A stretch of 64,000 nucleotides of DNA from assembly GCF_009914755.1 (NCBI RefSeq), contig NC_060928.1. The stretch is one strand, 5' to 3'. Below are positions 47,165 through 64,000 of this stretch, one piece after another (within the stretch, counting starts at the first letter, position 1; each line of letters starts with the position of its first letter). The notes beneath the pieces were generated by a model. The model ran no database searches. It had not been told where the DNA came from and was given only the letters and a program-made list of their open reading frames with translations. The translations under genes and the position numbers were made by a program. This DNA is from the human T2T-CHM13v2.0 reference genome, Homo sapiens.

Positions 47165-48160
47165 TGTGATTGCATTAATTATGTTTTTTTCTTTCTATGT
47201 TTTTTGATGCTTTGACATCTTGGCCTTTCTGGCCTGGTAAAGACTGCCCCTCCCAAGGCAAGCAATTTCTAGAGATAGTTATGGACTCACTTGCAAGTGT
47301 GGGTTTCATGCCTTTCAAGTGCAAACCAACCAATCTAAAGTCCATATGCCCCAATCACCTCCTTCATTGGGCTCTCACAAGGTTCTTACACTCCAGATCC
47401 CTATTTCCCTATTCTAATTTTCCTGGGTCCAGATATCAGACAACAAGAAAGAGCCCCTGTGTTAGCCCATTTGTTTTGAAATAAAGAAATACCTGACACT
47501 GGGTAATTTATAAAGAATAGAGGTTTATTTTGGCTCACAGTTCTGCAGGCTGCACGGAAAGTGTATTGCTGGCATCTTCTCCTGGTGAGGGCCTCAGGAA
47601 GGTTGAAATCATTGTAGAAGGAAAAGAGGAAGCCAGCACATTACATGGTGAGAGGCAGCATGAGAGAGAGGGAGGAAGGGCAAGGCTCTTTTAAGCAACC
47701 ATATTTCACATGAACTCACACAAAGAGAACTCACTTATTACCTCGAGAACAGCACCATTCCATTCATGAGAGAACCATTCCGTGAATAAAAGACCCCCCA
47801 CAAGGCCCATCTCCAACATTGGATGTCACATTTCAATATGAGATTTGGAGAGGGAAAAAACATTCAAACCATATCAGCCCCTATGCCCAGAATCCACTGA
47901 AGTTATTTAAACTAGCCAATTTTAAACCCGTCTTACTTTGACTTTCTCGTGAAAACCACATTAAAGGCTCTTGCCTCATTTTCCTCCAGCTCCTGCTAAC
48001 TCCTGCCGGCCCTTTGTGCTTCCCTGCATGGCCTTCCATGATATGGTGTGCCCCTCCCTCCTCTTAAAAACACTAAATTACAATCTTTTTAATAGTCATT
48101 GTCTCTTGATCTGTTGCCCTGACCATCCCTAAATAATAATAAAATGTACATTTTGAAACA
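47165..48160 (+). mobile_element. ERVL-type solo LTR (MER74/MER73-like), split by an MST
   Basis: gatgctttgacatcttgg...caaaccaaccaatc...gcccc|MST|gcccctatgcc...aataataataaaa...aaaca; family uncertain. Confidence 0.6.
47458..47876 (-). mobile_element. MaLR solo LTR (MSTB-like)
   Basis: TG...CA termini; ctgggtaatttataaag...ggctcacagttctgcaggctg; perfect 5-bp TSD GCCCC at 47453-57 and 47877-81. Confidence 0.9.
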
Positions 48161-48969
48161 GGGATATCTGATGGAAAGGAGGGCAGTGGATTGTTGAGTG
48201 AGAGGAAAAAAGTCAGCACAACAATTTTTTATAGACTTTCTTTGAGTTCAAACAACTGATTGGTGTTCTGATGAATTCTCAAGCCGTGCATGTATATAGT
48301 CCTTAATGAGCACTAATGCCCTGACCTTGTTTGATAAAAGCCTTCCGAAGTAAATTTATGGTAGATGGAAAATTACACTTAAAGCATCTGGAACACTTTT
48401 AATTTTCTTATCCTCAGAAAATAATAGAGAATTATCTGACTTACCCCTACAAATTGTTATTCATTTTTAGAAGAAATTGAATAGCCTCATTCTTCAAAAT
48501 AGCCAACCTATAGGAGCACCCAAATAATTTAATCTTCTCCATCAGAATGAAGGATAAAGGCACAAAGACATTTAACTAGGGACACATACACAAGAAAAGC
48601 ATTCCATAAAATTGCCAAGAATAGAGTGCATGTTAATAGGGAATATAAAGCTGGTTGGTGTCAAAATCAGTGTTCTCCAAAGATTTTTGGTGACCTATCT
48701 CCTCAATACAAAATCTTGACGCATTCTCCAATATATTAACTTATTTCTGAAGCATAAGTATGTGTGCTCTGTCAATCTACCAATTAAATAGTAGTGAAGC
48801 ATAATTTATTTTCTAATTTCTAGATTGACACAGAGAAATAGAATATATTATGTTCTTTCTACACTTCGTTGCTTCATTTATGACAATCCGTCCGGTGAAC
48901 AAGCCTCCTTTTAGAAAACGTTAGGAAATCTATAGCTTGCAATCTAGTCCAGATTACTGAAATACCCTG

Positions 48970-49356
48970 TACAGGGGAGAAAACATTTTTTTCAGGTTGT
49001 TAGTTGTGACACTATCCTGAAAACAAAAGTCAAATTAACAAAAGAAGCAGAAGTTTATTAACATTTTCTATACCCGTCACACAGTAGATGCCTCTGTCCA
49101 AAAGTATCTCTTTGTCAAGGCAATGGTTTAGGGGCCTCACTTAAATAGCATTTTAACAAGAATCATAAATCCTTTCTAGAGAGAAGAAAGATGCCTTCTC
49201 TGGGCCCATAATAAGTGCTCCAGTAAGGAAGGATTGATGTCCTGCCACCAGGCAATAGAGGCTGAGGCAGAGTGTTCCCCTGTGTTTCTAATGTCTTTAA
49301 TTTAATAATTCTCAGTACTTGGGGTAGAAATATTTTGTTTTTGCTTTTTTTTTTCA
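48970..49356 (-). repeat. 3' LTR of the provirus (has a ~90-bp internal deletion)
   Basis: Aligns to 56335-56818 (aaaagtcaaattaaca; tgccttctctgggcccataa; gatgtcctgccaccaggcaa; tagaggctgaggcagag). Confidence 0.85.
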
Positions 49357-50091
49357 GTTGCCCTTTTGAAACTTTACTTTTAGAAGGCTTTACATATGAA
49401 AAGGCAAGATGGTAGCTTTGGAGGGATTTGGTTTAGAGGTTTTGAGATAAGAGATTGGCAAAAAGAGAAACCATGGAAGCAGAAGAAAGAACAAATGTCA
49501 TATATCCTAATGAAACAGTTTTTTAGTCTTGAGAATAGTAAGTTCAGTTGAGCAGTTGTGTTTTATTTCAGGAGGTGATAGTGTAAGTGGGTTGTTGTTA
49601 GAGTTAATTCTCTATATGGTATAGGCAAACAGGTATTTAGTAAGAAACATTGCTATGGGAGCAAAAGAAAAACAGAGATTAATATCTGGAGCAACCTACA
49701 AACTAGGCTTGAGTTTTGGAGGGCAGTTAGCTGAGAAAATTTCAGATTTGTGTTTGAAATATCTACAATTGCGATGGAAGTAAACAGTGACAATCTGACA
49801 AATTTTCCTAGATAATAGTTTGTACCAGATGTTTCTGTGAACTTTTTGTCCATAAATACATTTATGTGTGTTTTCTCTGAAGTTAATATCAAGTTGTCTA
49901 ACTTTAGCTTGTAGGGCTTCAGAAAAGCATGGTTTAAATTTTAGTGATTTTAAGTCAGGAAACTGGGAGATAAATTAAAAGCATTAGTCTAGAAAGTTGA
50001 GGCCAGATAATAGAAGAAACTACAACTTGAAATTTAGTTCAGAAAATGTTTTTAATAAAACCTAACAATGGAGAGGGCTAGAATCTAATAA

Positions 50092-51021
<930 letters not shown>

Positions 51022-53642
51022 ACTAAAGATATTTATAGTAAGACTAATTTAATTGTAAAATAAGTTTTAGCTTTAATATACTTGGCCTAATTATTTGCAT
51101 AAAGTGAAGCAAGCATAGTGATTGGCCACATAGGCTCATTTTTCTTTAATCTACTTTGTTGGAAATTATCATAAGACATCTGAGAGTAAACCTTTAAAAC
51201 TTCTTTAGGCTAGGAAGCCAAGCCATGGACTTCTCATCAGATTTTATCTGTGGTAACTGGGTAAATTATTCTTTTCTTGAGGTCCCATATTATTTTGAGG
51301 TTCCTGGGCCTGTCAGAAAGTGACATTTTTTACTTACCATAATGCTGAAGCCTTGCAGGGGAACTGCATAGACAAGGTACCAGGCCAGTTCTTTCAAGAA
51401 TGTTAATGGTTCCTTAGCATTAATTTTAGTTTCTTGAAGTAGTCTAGTCGTTTCAGAAAATGTGACATCCCAGTCAAGGCCCCAGTAACATAACCTGTGT
51501 TTTAAATTGTTCCACTAAAGAAAGAAAAATTGTACTGAACTTATGAAATAAATATATTGTTTTAAAATATGAATACCCACAAATAGTTTTAAATTCTCAA
51601 GGAATCAAGTAGAGACAAAGGCAAATGTTTAAATTTTGCTGACAAAAGCATATTTTACCCAATTGCTGCATGCTATATGTAGCTTATTAGAAGAAAATAG
51701 TTTCCTTGACTCCAGAAAGAAATACATAAAAATAATCAATAATAATTTAAGCAAAAGGAAGTCCTGAAAAAATCATTTTATTCCTGTATCAAGTTTAGTC
51801 CTATGTGATTAAGTCATGTTCTTCTAAAAGTTGGGCTAGTAATCTTTATGAACCCATCAATGTTTTCATTTGAGTTCTTAAAATTTTTACACAGTCCAAT
51901 GGTATGATCTACAAAGTTATCAGAAATCTATATTTAAAAGTATTTGTCATGATCCTTTTCCATTAATTTTCTTGAATAAGAAGCAAATTTTATACTATAG
52001 CCAATTGTAAACAGTCTTTTGAGAAGAATAAAAGTAAAACAATAAATGCCTGTGGATGACAAAACCCTTAGAATAGCTATGGCTAAGGATGCAATTGACA
52101 AGGAAATTTGGTAATTTCTAAGGCATACAACAATTTAATATAATAATCAGAATTTTGACTGGTAACATATACCAAGACGTATCATAATTTTTAAAAATCT
52201 CATACAATTTTGGAGCACATATTAATAACACATTTATATAAATATAACACAAATAAGGTTAAACATTATTTTTTATTTGACAATGCTTCCCCTATAATTT
52301 AAGATATCAAATAAGCCTAATATGTCTCTTTTGGACTTCTGTCTCTTTTTTTGAATGTCTAAAAGTTAGTTTGAGGTCAAAAAGACTTAATTTAGAATTT
52401 GAAATCTGATTTTGAGAAGCTTGTCAAATGTGTCAAAGGTACAAAACACTTTATCACAATAGGATCACAGGTCACTGTGAAATAATCATCATTTATTTAG
52501 TCAAAGTGATAATTAACAGATTCCAAAAAGTAAAAACCTTTACTCTCTGATTGGTAGGAGACATAGTTTTTTGAAAAAAAGACCTAATAAAGATAGGGTG
52601 AAACAAACATTTCTCTCTGTTTTTATTTTTTTTTGTAGTTTTCTCAAAAGGAAAACCAAAGTCTTCTATTATCTCTTATTAATAATATACAAAAAAATCG
52701 TATTCAAAAGAGAAAATCAAATTCTATCTTTGTATCAGTTGTATTATTCATACTAAATATAATTTCAATAAAACCTTATAAATAAATCCATCCAATCTTA
52801 ATTAGTTTTGACCACACAAGATTTCTCTAAACCTTTTACTATGTCTTATAATGTTTTTCAATTTTCCTTTTTCTCCAACTTCTATATCCACTTAGTTTAT
52901 TTAATTGCTTCCTTTCTTCATTTATTCTAAAGTGACATATAAACTAGAAAAAAATCACTTTTTTAACAAAAACATAGTTTCAAATGTCATAATCTCCTTT
53001 ATGAAAAAGTCTTACATTTATTATATATTCTGTATACAGAATTGTTTCCCTTTTTATTGCAACTTTTAGTGACCACATATTAGCCAGAATTTTAATTTTT
53101 AGGAATCTTTATAGTGAATACCTAAGAAGTGGATAATTTTTAATTGTCAGTCATGTACTAGCAATTTATTAATACACATTTTATGATTTTTAGAAATACA
53201 GCTTTTTAATGGAATTATTTTTCAACGTGGAACAGAATATATTTACTAATATATCTAAAGATCTTTTGTCTTTCTGAAATAAGAAGCCTAGATTTAGTAA
53301 TCAGTGTCTTAGCATTTCATCTTTTTTGAAAATGATGTATATATTTAATGACTATCTATCATTTAACTTAGCTGAGCAAAATGTTTAGGTTATTGTTACC
53401 AAAAAGAATTGAGAAATATTTTTCATTAAACATAAAAGCAATGATTAAAACTTCATTTATAAGCTTTATCTCACTTTCATCTATTTTATTTATTTAATCT
53501 TAACAATTATGGTTGGAAAATTTTATGAGACATTAGATAAATCTAGCCATCATCTCAAGTTAAATTTTCTATTCACCATTTTTATATTACCATATGTTAG
53601 GCAAGTACCATAAAATAAAGAACCTTAAAATTAAACACATGT

Positions 53643-53981
<339 letters not shown>

Positions 53982-54656
53982 CTAATAGCTCAAGACATAG
54001 TTCTTTTTATTAAACCAAGAATTTTAAACTAGTCTTATTCATCAAAAAAAATGTATTCACATCACATGAGCTTGAAAAATATTTGGGCTATTTATTTTCT
54101 TTATGGGTACTTATCTGCCTTTGAGTTAATTTGGTACCATGTAGACAATATACAAATATGTGTATAGACATATACATACATGTAAATACAACATATAAAA
54201 TACATATGCACATATATATGCATCTAAAAGCCAAAGAGATCAAGGAGTTTAATACAAAAGAGCAGAGAGCTTTAGATTTGTCTACTTTCAACTCTTGGAG
54301 TTGCAAGGAATCTGTCCACTTAGAAATATTGCTGTTCCATGAGAAAATAATGAAGTTTCCTTCCCAAAAAAGGAAACCTCTCTGTTTTTCTTTGGCATCT
54401 TTTCTGTTTTTCTCAAGAGGTCCTAGTGTCGTTAGAAATCTTCCTTAGGTTTCCTCATGTGACCTCAGGGATAGCAACTGGAAGCAGGGACAGAGAAAAG
54501 TAAATGAAAGAGCAAGTCCTTGTGGCAAAAATTATGTCACCAAGAGGATAAACAGGCAGAGGGAGTTTATAGATTAATAGTTAGCAGGGATTTACAAAGA
54601 GAGGAATTTAGTCAACTGAGAAGCCTCTGTAGAGAGAGAACAGAAGTCTTAAGAAT

Positions 54657-54696
54657 ACACACACACAAACACACACACACACACACACATATATAT
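54657..54696. repeat. (CA)n(TA)n microsatellite
   Basis: Read directly. Confidence 0.9.
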
Positions 54697-55002
54697 AACC
54701 TAAATATATGTATACTATAGGTAAAATTTTAAATATGTAAGTCTTTAAAAAATTAGCAGATATTAGCTGGGCAAATGGCAAATATTCTTGTGCCTTGTTT
54801 CCTTGGCTTTTTCTTTCTGAAATGTAACTCTCTTTCAAATCTGATCTCTGCTAGAATACTACTTAACTGATCTCCTCTATGTTAATGTTTTAAAGCCGTG
54901 GTAGAATTTACAACTCCAAGGGACTGAGAAGGCTCTCTTTAAAAAAATACTTTTAGATACAAAAGTCCAAATTTTCAAAGGTATATCCACTTTTAATTGT
55001 AA

Positions 55003-55310
<308 letters not shown>

Positions 55311-55411
55311 AGTAAGCCTTTTTATGGCTTACAATCCGATGCAAGAATAGCATCCCTAAAGAGAGTATAAAAACGTAGTGACCCCTCAAGATCTAAAGTT
55401 TCTTCCAAAGA

Positions 55412-55725
55412 GTATGGGTGCAGTGGCTCAAGGCTATAACCCAGTGCGTTGGGAGACCAAGGCAGGAGGATTGCTAAAGGCCAGGAGTTTGAGCTCATCC
55501 TGGGCAATATAGTGAGACCCCCATCTCTACAAAAAATTTAAAAATTAGCCAGGTGTGCTGGTGCATGCTTGTAGTCCTAGCCACTCCAGGGGGCGGAGGC
55601 AGGAGGATCACTTGAGCCCAGGGGATTGAGTCTGTAGTAAGCCATAATCATGCTACTGCACTGTAGTCTGGGTGAGAGAGCGATACGCTGTTTCTAGAAA
55701 AAAATAAGATAAAATAAACCAAAAA
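55412..55725 (+). mobile_element. AluJ SINE
   Basis: ggaggattgct, ggaggatcacttgagcccagg and gtgagacccccatctctacaaaaaatttaaaaatt are J-type diagnostics. Confidence 0.9.
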
Positions 55726-56334
55726 GAGGCTCTAAGAAAGTAATATCCCTCCTTATTAGCAAGGCAATGAAAGTTGAGATAATTAAGAACAATTCCCAAA
55801 AGCTGGCACATTTGGACAAACAGACATTTGGGACCCCCAACTGAACTCCCACATGGCTGCCTTACACGATTAACAAAATCTGTGCCCTTCAAGGTGTTAG
55901 AGATGAGAAAATAAACTTGCTCGTTAGAAAGCCAAACTTCTTAAGAAATAAAACAAGACAAAAGGAGAACCTTATGAGGCTTTTTCTTCTCATGACAAAC
56001 CATACGAAGATACAGAAACAAGGAAAACAAAGACCATCCTAGGAAAATGACAAATCAATAACCAAATAAGTATGTACAACAAATCTACAAGAGTCACAAA
56101 TTCAAATAACCATTTTTTACAGATTTTTTTTCCTGTTAATATGAACCTGGAAAGGCAGGGACAAGGAAAAGAATTTACTTTCCTCTCTCCACCAGGTACC
56201 ACAGAGGGAGAAGCTGGCTTGAGTAAGAAACCTTACCTTTTTCTGTGGACTTTTGCCAGTTCTCTTTCAGGATTCCCTCTATAGGTCCCAGAACAAGTGG
56301 ATTATCTCTGCTTTTCCAGGCTGCATTGAAAAAT

Positions 56335-56818
56335 TGTAGGGGAGAAATCATAGTTCCTTTTAAAGTTCTTAGTTGAGACATCTCCTAAAAACAAAAAGTC
56401 AAATTAACAGAAAAGTAAAAACAACCAGAAGTTTATTAAAACATGCTGTACCCATCACGCAGGAGAGGCCTCAGTTTAAAAGTATTTCTCTCTCAAGGTA
56501 GTGGTTTATGGGCCTTGCTTAAATAGTACTTTAACAAAGAGCCATAAATCCTATCTAGTGATAAGACAGAGGAGAGAGCAGTTCCAGTCTTTTAAAAGGC
56601 AGGAACATGTGAAAAGATTGTAAAATCTGTTCCCAGATTCTTCTGGTGCTTGCTAGTGCCTTCTCTGGGCCCATAAGCAAGTGTCGTCTCCAGTAAGGAG
56701 GGAACGATGTCCTGCCACCAGGCAAATAGAGGCTGAGGCAGAGCATTCTCCTATGTTTTTAGTGACATTAACTTAACAATTCTCAATATTTCAAGGAGAA
56801 ATATTTTGGTTTCATTCA
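56335..56818 (-). repeat. 5' LTR of the provirus
   Basis: TG...CA bounded; aligns to 48970-49356. Confidence 0.85.
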
Positions 56819-56822
56819 TCTG

Positions 56823-57217
56823 TGATACACTTTGGACATCTGTCTTTACTCAAATCTCATGTTGAATTGTAATCCCCAATGCTGGAGATGGGGCCTGGTT
56901 GTGAGCATTTTGGTCATGGGGGTAGATCCCTCATGGCTTGGTAGCTTCACCATGGCGAATGAGTTCTTAAAGATCTGGTCATTTAAAAGTGTGTGGCACC
57001 TCTCCATCCACTCTCTCTCCCCACTGCTTTCGCCATGTGATGTCCAGGATCCCCGTACACCTTCCACCATGAGTGTGAGCTTCCTGAGGCCTCCCCAAAA
57101 GCAGATACCAGTGCTATGCTTCCTGTACAGCCTGCAGAACCATGAACCAATTAAACTTCTTTTCTTATAGTCAGTCTCAGGTATTGTTTTATAACAGTGC
57201 AAAAACAGCCTAATACA
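56823..57217 (+). mobile_element. MaLR solo LTR (MSTA/MSTB-like)
   Basis: caaatctcatgttgaattgtaatccccaatgctggag...cagcctgcagaaccatga...ctaataca; TSD A[T/C]CTG. Confidence 0.9.
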
Positions 57218-57354
57218 ACCTGCCTACCTTTGTTCCTTATTCCCTGCTTTCCCCCAGCCCCCATTATCCATTCTTCACACAACTGCCGCAGTGATATTTT
57301 TAACATTAGTCAGTTTTTGTTTTTCTCTTTAGATTTCTCCAAAGTCTTCCAACT

Positions 57355-57814
57355 GGTCAGAGGGTGAGTGTCCCAGATGGAATGTAAGCTGAGCTTTGGT
57401 ATGCAAGTGATTTGATAAGAAATTGTTCCCAGGGAAACTGGTAAGGAGCTGTCCCCAGGGAAGAGCTGAGAAAGCAGGACAAGAAAGGACAAAATCCAAG
57501 TGAGGGTGTCATCACAGGCAAAATCCCGTAAAGCGCAGCTTCAGCCTAATCCCACAGAGGAACTCTGAAGAGAAAATTCAGCCTCTGTGTTTTCCCAACT
57601 ACAAGCTGCACCTATTAATTATCTAATTATTGGGTGGAAGATCGTGGGCATACATTTTCAGATATTTCTCTGAAGTGTGGACCAGGCAGGCTCCAGTATC
57701 TTGAGGACATTCCTCCAAACAAGATTCATAGAAGAAAAGTGCACAGAAACTGAAATATGCACAAAAATAGTCATATAGATCCTAAGGAATTGGGGGACCA
57801 ATATTATCTATTAC
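57355..57814 (-). mobile_element. Old ERVL LTR (LTR16-like)
   Basis: tgcaagtgattt...gttcccagggaaactggtaagg...cttcagcctaatcccacagaggaactctg. Confidence 0.5.
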
Positions 57815-57829
57815 ATAATTCTACTTAGA

Positions 57830-58308
57830 AATCCAAACTACTTAGCATGGTTTTGTTTAATTAAGCCCTGACAAATTCTACAAACGCCTGTCTCCCACCC
57901 AGCCCCTCACACTAACCAAACTAATCTCTGTTGTCTTGCTGTAACCAAGGTTGATCCCTGTGGCCTATTTCCTTTGCCCAAATTCTCACTTGAACTCCAT
58001 TGTTATATGATTGACCCTATCGTATGCTTCTGATTTAGTTAAAAATGATTGCTTTTCACAGAGTCTTTCCCTCATCATCTGCTTCAAACTTCCATACTTC
58101 CCAAACTCTTGATTAAATGAATTTGTTTTATTTTCTTTATAGCAGTTAATGCCATTTGAAATGATCTTGTTGCTTTATTGTCTCTAACTCACCTCATTGC
58201 AACATAAACTTCATGTCTGTCTTGTTTACCCTTTCAACTCCACCACACAGAGCAGTGCCTGATACAACATAGGTGATCAACAGTTATTTATTTAATAAGC
58301 AAATAAAG
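57830..58308 (+). mobile_element. L2 3' fragment
   Basis: catgtctgtcttgtttacc...agagcagtgcctgatacaacataggtgatcaac. Confidence 0.6.
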
Positions 58309-58872
58309 GGCCATACATGACCTACTTACATTTTATGCCTACTCCACCCTCACCTCCTTGGATTCCTAACTCCTATTGATAGGGTTGCTACTAGGAAATT
58401 AAGAACACCTCATCAAGAATAAAATAAGAAGACATTTAAGAAGGAACTTCCTTATCATATAGTGATGCAGCTATATAAGTTATTAGAGTGCACTGCCATG
58501 TTGTTTAAACTTCTTGTTTGGAAATCTCAATGAATCCTTGACTGATCTCGCTAAGGTCCCTTGCCTTGAACTTTGTAGCTTGGGCACATATGAAAAGCTG
58601 TTTCTTTTTATATAGGGTATACTCTACTCTAGAAGTCATCAATATATCTAAACATAACAGGAAGAGAATACAGCCCAAGATCTCTGATTTATAAAGTGGC
58701 ATATATGGGAGTCCAAATCAAACTCACAATACCTCAGATATACAGAGAGAAATATGCCTAATTTAGTTTGCCTGTAACCAATGTCTGTTACTCCCCACGT
58801 TTCACTATGGGTTAAAGGAAAAATTTCTACTTTGGATATTTTATGTTTAAAACTTAATCCAATTCAATAATT

Positions 58873-59335
58873 TGTTAAATAAATTTATAGGAAGTCATTG
58901 GTTTGGATTGAGTTCCTGCACTAGGCTTCAACAGACAAAACCAAAATGGAGTCACTCGTGCTAAACTTCTTTATTTAACAAACTGACACTAAGTTGTTTA
59001 TCTGACTTACCAAGAAATCAGAACAGAGAAAGATAATAGCCAAATCCCCAAACATTCCTGTTTTATCAGACATGATAAAAAACAAAACGTCTCCTCTGCT
59101 TTAACCCTAAAAAGGAAAGAAACCTGGAGTAATCTAACAAATGCTAGCCAATCTGCTTTGTGTTCCATTTTTCTAATTTCTTCAGCCCTTTCTGCCTATA
59201 AAGCCAGTCTCCTCTGCTCAGCTCATCTGAGTGCCTTTTGTAAATCTTTAGATGAGAAGCTCTCTGATTCACAAATTGCTAATGAAGGCCAATTAGATAT
59301 TTAAACAAAATTTGTTGAATTTTTGTCTTTTAACA
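58873..59335 (+). mobile_element. ERV1 (MER4-group-like) solo LTR
   Basis: TGTTAAA...TTTAACA inverted termini; 4-bp TSD AATT; CCAAT and CTATAAA boxes; family not resolved. Confidence 0.85.
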
Positions 59336-60094
59336 AATTTAAAGAGCCTTTCAAATTTGACAAATTTAAATTATATTAATAATTTGAATAATGTAAATCC
59401 AGTTTTGTGATTTAAGATTCCATTTAGACAATGATCAGTCTTACCAGGAAAAATTTCTCAGTCACTCAAATATCTCAGGCATAGGCCTGTTTGTCTGGCT
59501 CTTTCCCAGAGTGAGATACATATCTAGGAAAGAAAGCATGTGCCTCATGTACACATCTGGCCAGAGGAAAGGCTCAAGGCCCTTTATTGTGATGTCCTTT
59601 GGCTTCAACCCAGGCTATGCCACTAATCCATGCTTCTGCTGCATCCAGATGAGCAAAGTATATGATTGATATCACTCAAAGTCTTATTTTTCTGTACATT
59701 TTCATTTGGCCTATGTTCTAAGATTTTTTTATTGCAGGTAGAAGATATAAAAAGTATAAAAAGACATTTTTAGAGAATGTGCATAGCTCAATATTTATAT
59801 GTGAAAATAGGTAATTAACAATATTATTGAAATCATATACTGTATATTTCTTAATATAATGTGCATGAAAAATCAAAATTGTTTCATTTATATTACTACA
59901 TATAATTTTTTCTTTCACATTTTTGTCACACTCAGAATTCTAATATTTTATAATTATAGTCTTGGAAATCAATAAATTAAACTTTCCATTTTACAAATGA
60001 AAAAGCTATGACATACAACAGGATATAAGAATTTTTTTTAAGTGTCAGAAATCTGGGAGTTTCAAATGTGGAATCTAGGTCCTAATTACCAATA

Positions 60095-60113
60095 TAATGT
60101 ATTTTCCTCTATC

Positions 60114-60160
<47 letters not shown>

Positions 60161-61762
60161 CGTGCATATATAGACTGAAGCAGAGAGAGAGAGAGAGAAC
60201 ACTTTCTTTCATACATTCATTTATTGATGGCTTATTCCACACCTTTGTTATTGTAAACAATGTTGCAGTAAACATGGGAGTATACACATCTCTTCAACAT
60301 ATTTATTTTATTTCCTTTGGATATATACTCTGTCGTGGTATTGTTGGGTCATAGAGTAGTTTTATTTTTTTTTTTAAGGAACTTCCATATTGTTTTCTGT
60401 AATAGCTGTACTACCTGATGTTCTTAGCAACAGTGTACCATGGTTCCCTTTTCTCCACATCCTTTCCAACATTTATTACCTTTTTTTTTCTTTCTTTTGG
60501 TAATAGCTTTTCTAACAGACGTGAGGCAATATGTCATTGTCATTTCAATGTGCATTTCTTTTGTGATTAAGGATTTTGAGCATTTTGTTATATACCTGCT
60601 AGTTATCTTTTGAAAATTTTCTGTACAGATCCCTTGATTATTTTAAAAGCAGGTTATTTTTCTTACTACATGGTTAAGTTCCTTACATACTTTGGATATT
60701 ACCTAGTTATATGATATATGGTTTGCAAATATTTACTCTCATTTCACAGGTTGTCTCTTCACTCTGTTGATTGTTTCCTAGGCTGTGCAGAAGCTTTTTA
60801 GTTTGATGTAATCACATTTATATCTGTGCTTCTTTTGTGTGTGGTTTTGAGTTCATATCCAAAAATCATTGCCCAAACCAATGCCATCAAGATTTTCACC
60901 TATATTTTCTTCTAGTAGTTTTACATTTTCAGGTCCTGCCTTTAAGTCTTTATCCATTAGGAATTGATTTTTATACATGATCTGACATAAGGGTTAATTT
61001 TGTTCTTCTGCATATGGATATCCAGTTGCCCCCAAACAACTTATAAAGAGATTGTCCCTTCCCCATTTTGTGATATTGGCACCTTTGTCAAAAATCAATT
61101 GACCAGAAATATATGAATTTCTGGACTCTCTTTTCTGTTATATTGGCCTGTCTTTCTATTTATATGTCACTACCATACTGTTTTTACTATAATAACTTTG
61201 CAGTATATTTTGAAGTCAGGTGGTATGATGCCTCCAGGTTTGTTCTTTTTTCCTCAAGGTTGCTTTGGCTATTTAAAGCCTTTAGTAGCTCTATACAAAT
61301 TTTAGGATTGTTTTTCCTTTCCATGAAAACTGTCATTGTGGTTTTGCTAGAGATTGCATTAAACCTGTAGATAGCTTTGGATAATATGGACATTTAAATA
61401 ATTTTAGTTCTTCCAACTCAGGAACAGAGGATATCTTTCCATATATTTGTGTTTTCTTCAATTTCTTTCATCAATGTTTTTTAGTTTTAGTGTGCAGATC
61501 TTTCATCTTTGGAAAAATTACTTTATTCTTAAGTATTTCATTTTTTGTTAGCTATTGTAAATGAGACTGTTTTTGTTGTTTCCATTTTTGAATATTTCAC
61601 TGTTACTGTATAGAAAAGTTACTGATTTTATGTATTGATTTAACATCCTGCAACTTTGCTAAATAAGTTTATTTTCAATTTGTGGCGAAGTCTTCGGTTT
61701 TCTATGTATAGAATTGTGTCATCTACAAACAGGGACAATTTAACTTTGTATTTTCCAATTTG
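60095..61762 (-). mobile_element. L1MA-like ORF2 3' region with an internal (TG)n/(GA)n repeat
   Basis: ORF 61187-61393 (MSILSKAIYRFNAIS.K) is ORF2-like; ctgtgcagaagctttttagtttgatg. Confidence 0.88.
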
Positions 61763-62518
61763 AAATTATTGTCTAATTAATGCCTCATTTCCTTTTCTTC
61801 ATTCTGTAATTTAACTAGAAGAGCCCCTACTGCTTACCAAAGCTGTTATCCACTTTTTAATATATTTTTTTTTCCTCAGGACTCTGTGAGTCATGATTCC
61901 ATCTTCTTATTAGTTACCTCTAAGGAGATGATTCACAAATAATCTTTTAAAAAACTTCTTTCAACTTCCTCCTGTCATTTACCACCCACACTGAATTACT
62001 TTTCATGTAATCACATTCCTGTCAGTAGCAGAGTAATTTGCCCACTATTTTAAGTATTAGGTGTATCCCAACCAATATCTTGACAGGGCATTCAGTATTA
62101 AAATTAATATCTCAACAAATAAATTGAGTTCCTATAATTTTTTTCATCAAACTCCAAAGACCTGGAAATTTCTGGTGGAGAGAAGGTGAGACATACAACT
62201 GTGTCTTCAGTGATACTCACATGCTTACATGAAAAGAACAAGAATATTCAATTTCTACTGCTTTTTCTACTGCAAGTATATCTAAGTCTTCTCTGTATGG
62301 AAATATACATTACAGATTATAAAATTCCATTCTCCTTTACCATAGCTCTGTGATCATAGGGAGGCCAGGACTTCAAGTTGAGAATCATTGGCTTGTTAGA
62401 AAGAATTAACAGGTAACTTCTATGTTGGGCTTTGTATACGTTGGACTGAACCTCAAAACAGAGGCTGTGATATTACATAGCCTATAAAATATACATTTCT
62501 AGGGAATATATATATATA

Positions 62519-64000
<1,482 letters not shown>

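Overview
AT-rich primate (human-like) genomic DNA, intronic or intergenic. I find no host protein-coding exon, RNA gene or CpG island. Roughly half of the window is recognisable transposable-element sequence. It holds a near full-length but dead L1PA5-like LINE-1 (28764-34839), a 5'-truncated older L1PA containing an Alu, and the 3' end of an L1PA3/4 at the right edge. It also holds a 3'-truncated Tigger1, about 14 Alus and a ~7.85-kb two-LTR non-coding ERV1 (MER4-group-like) provirus. Several solo LTRs, DNA-transposon MITEs (MER1B, MER47A, MER58A, MER5, MER6, MADE1) and microsatellites fill in the rest. Every ORF in the track with recognisable protein similarity is L1, Tigger or Alu derived; the others look like low-complexity or chance ORFs. 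I see no credible new biological system. The best leads are small: a MADE1 (miR-548-type hairpin) inside an Alu monomer with a later tandem duplication, a 77-bp dispersed duplication, a triple D-box/homeobox micro-repeat, an L1 lacking its YY1 site, and nested insertions whose order can be read from target-site duplications (TSDs). Repeat subfamily names come from my recall of consensus sequences and need RepeatMasker/Dfam confirmation.
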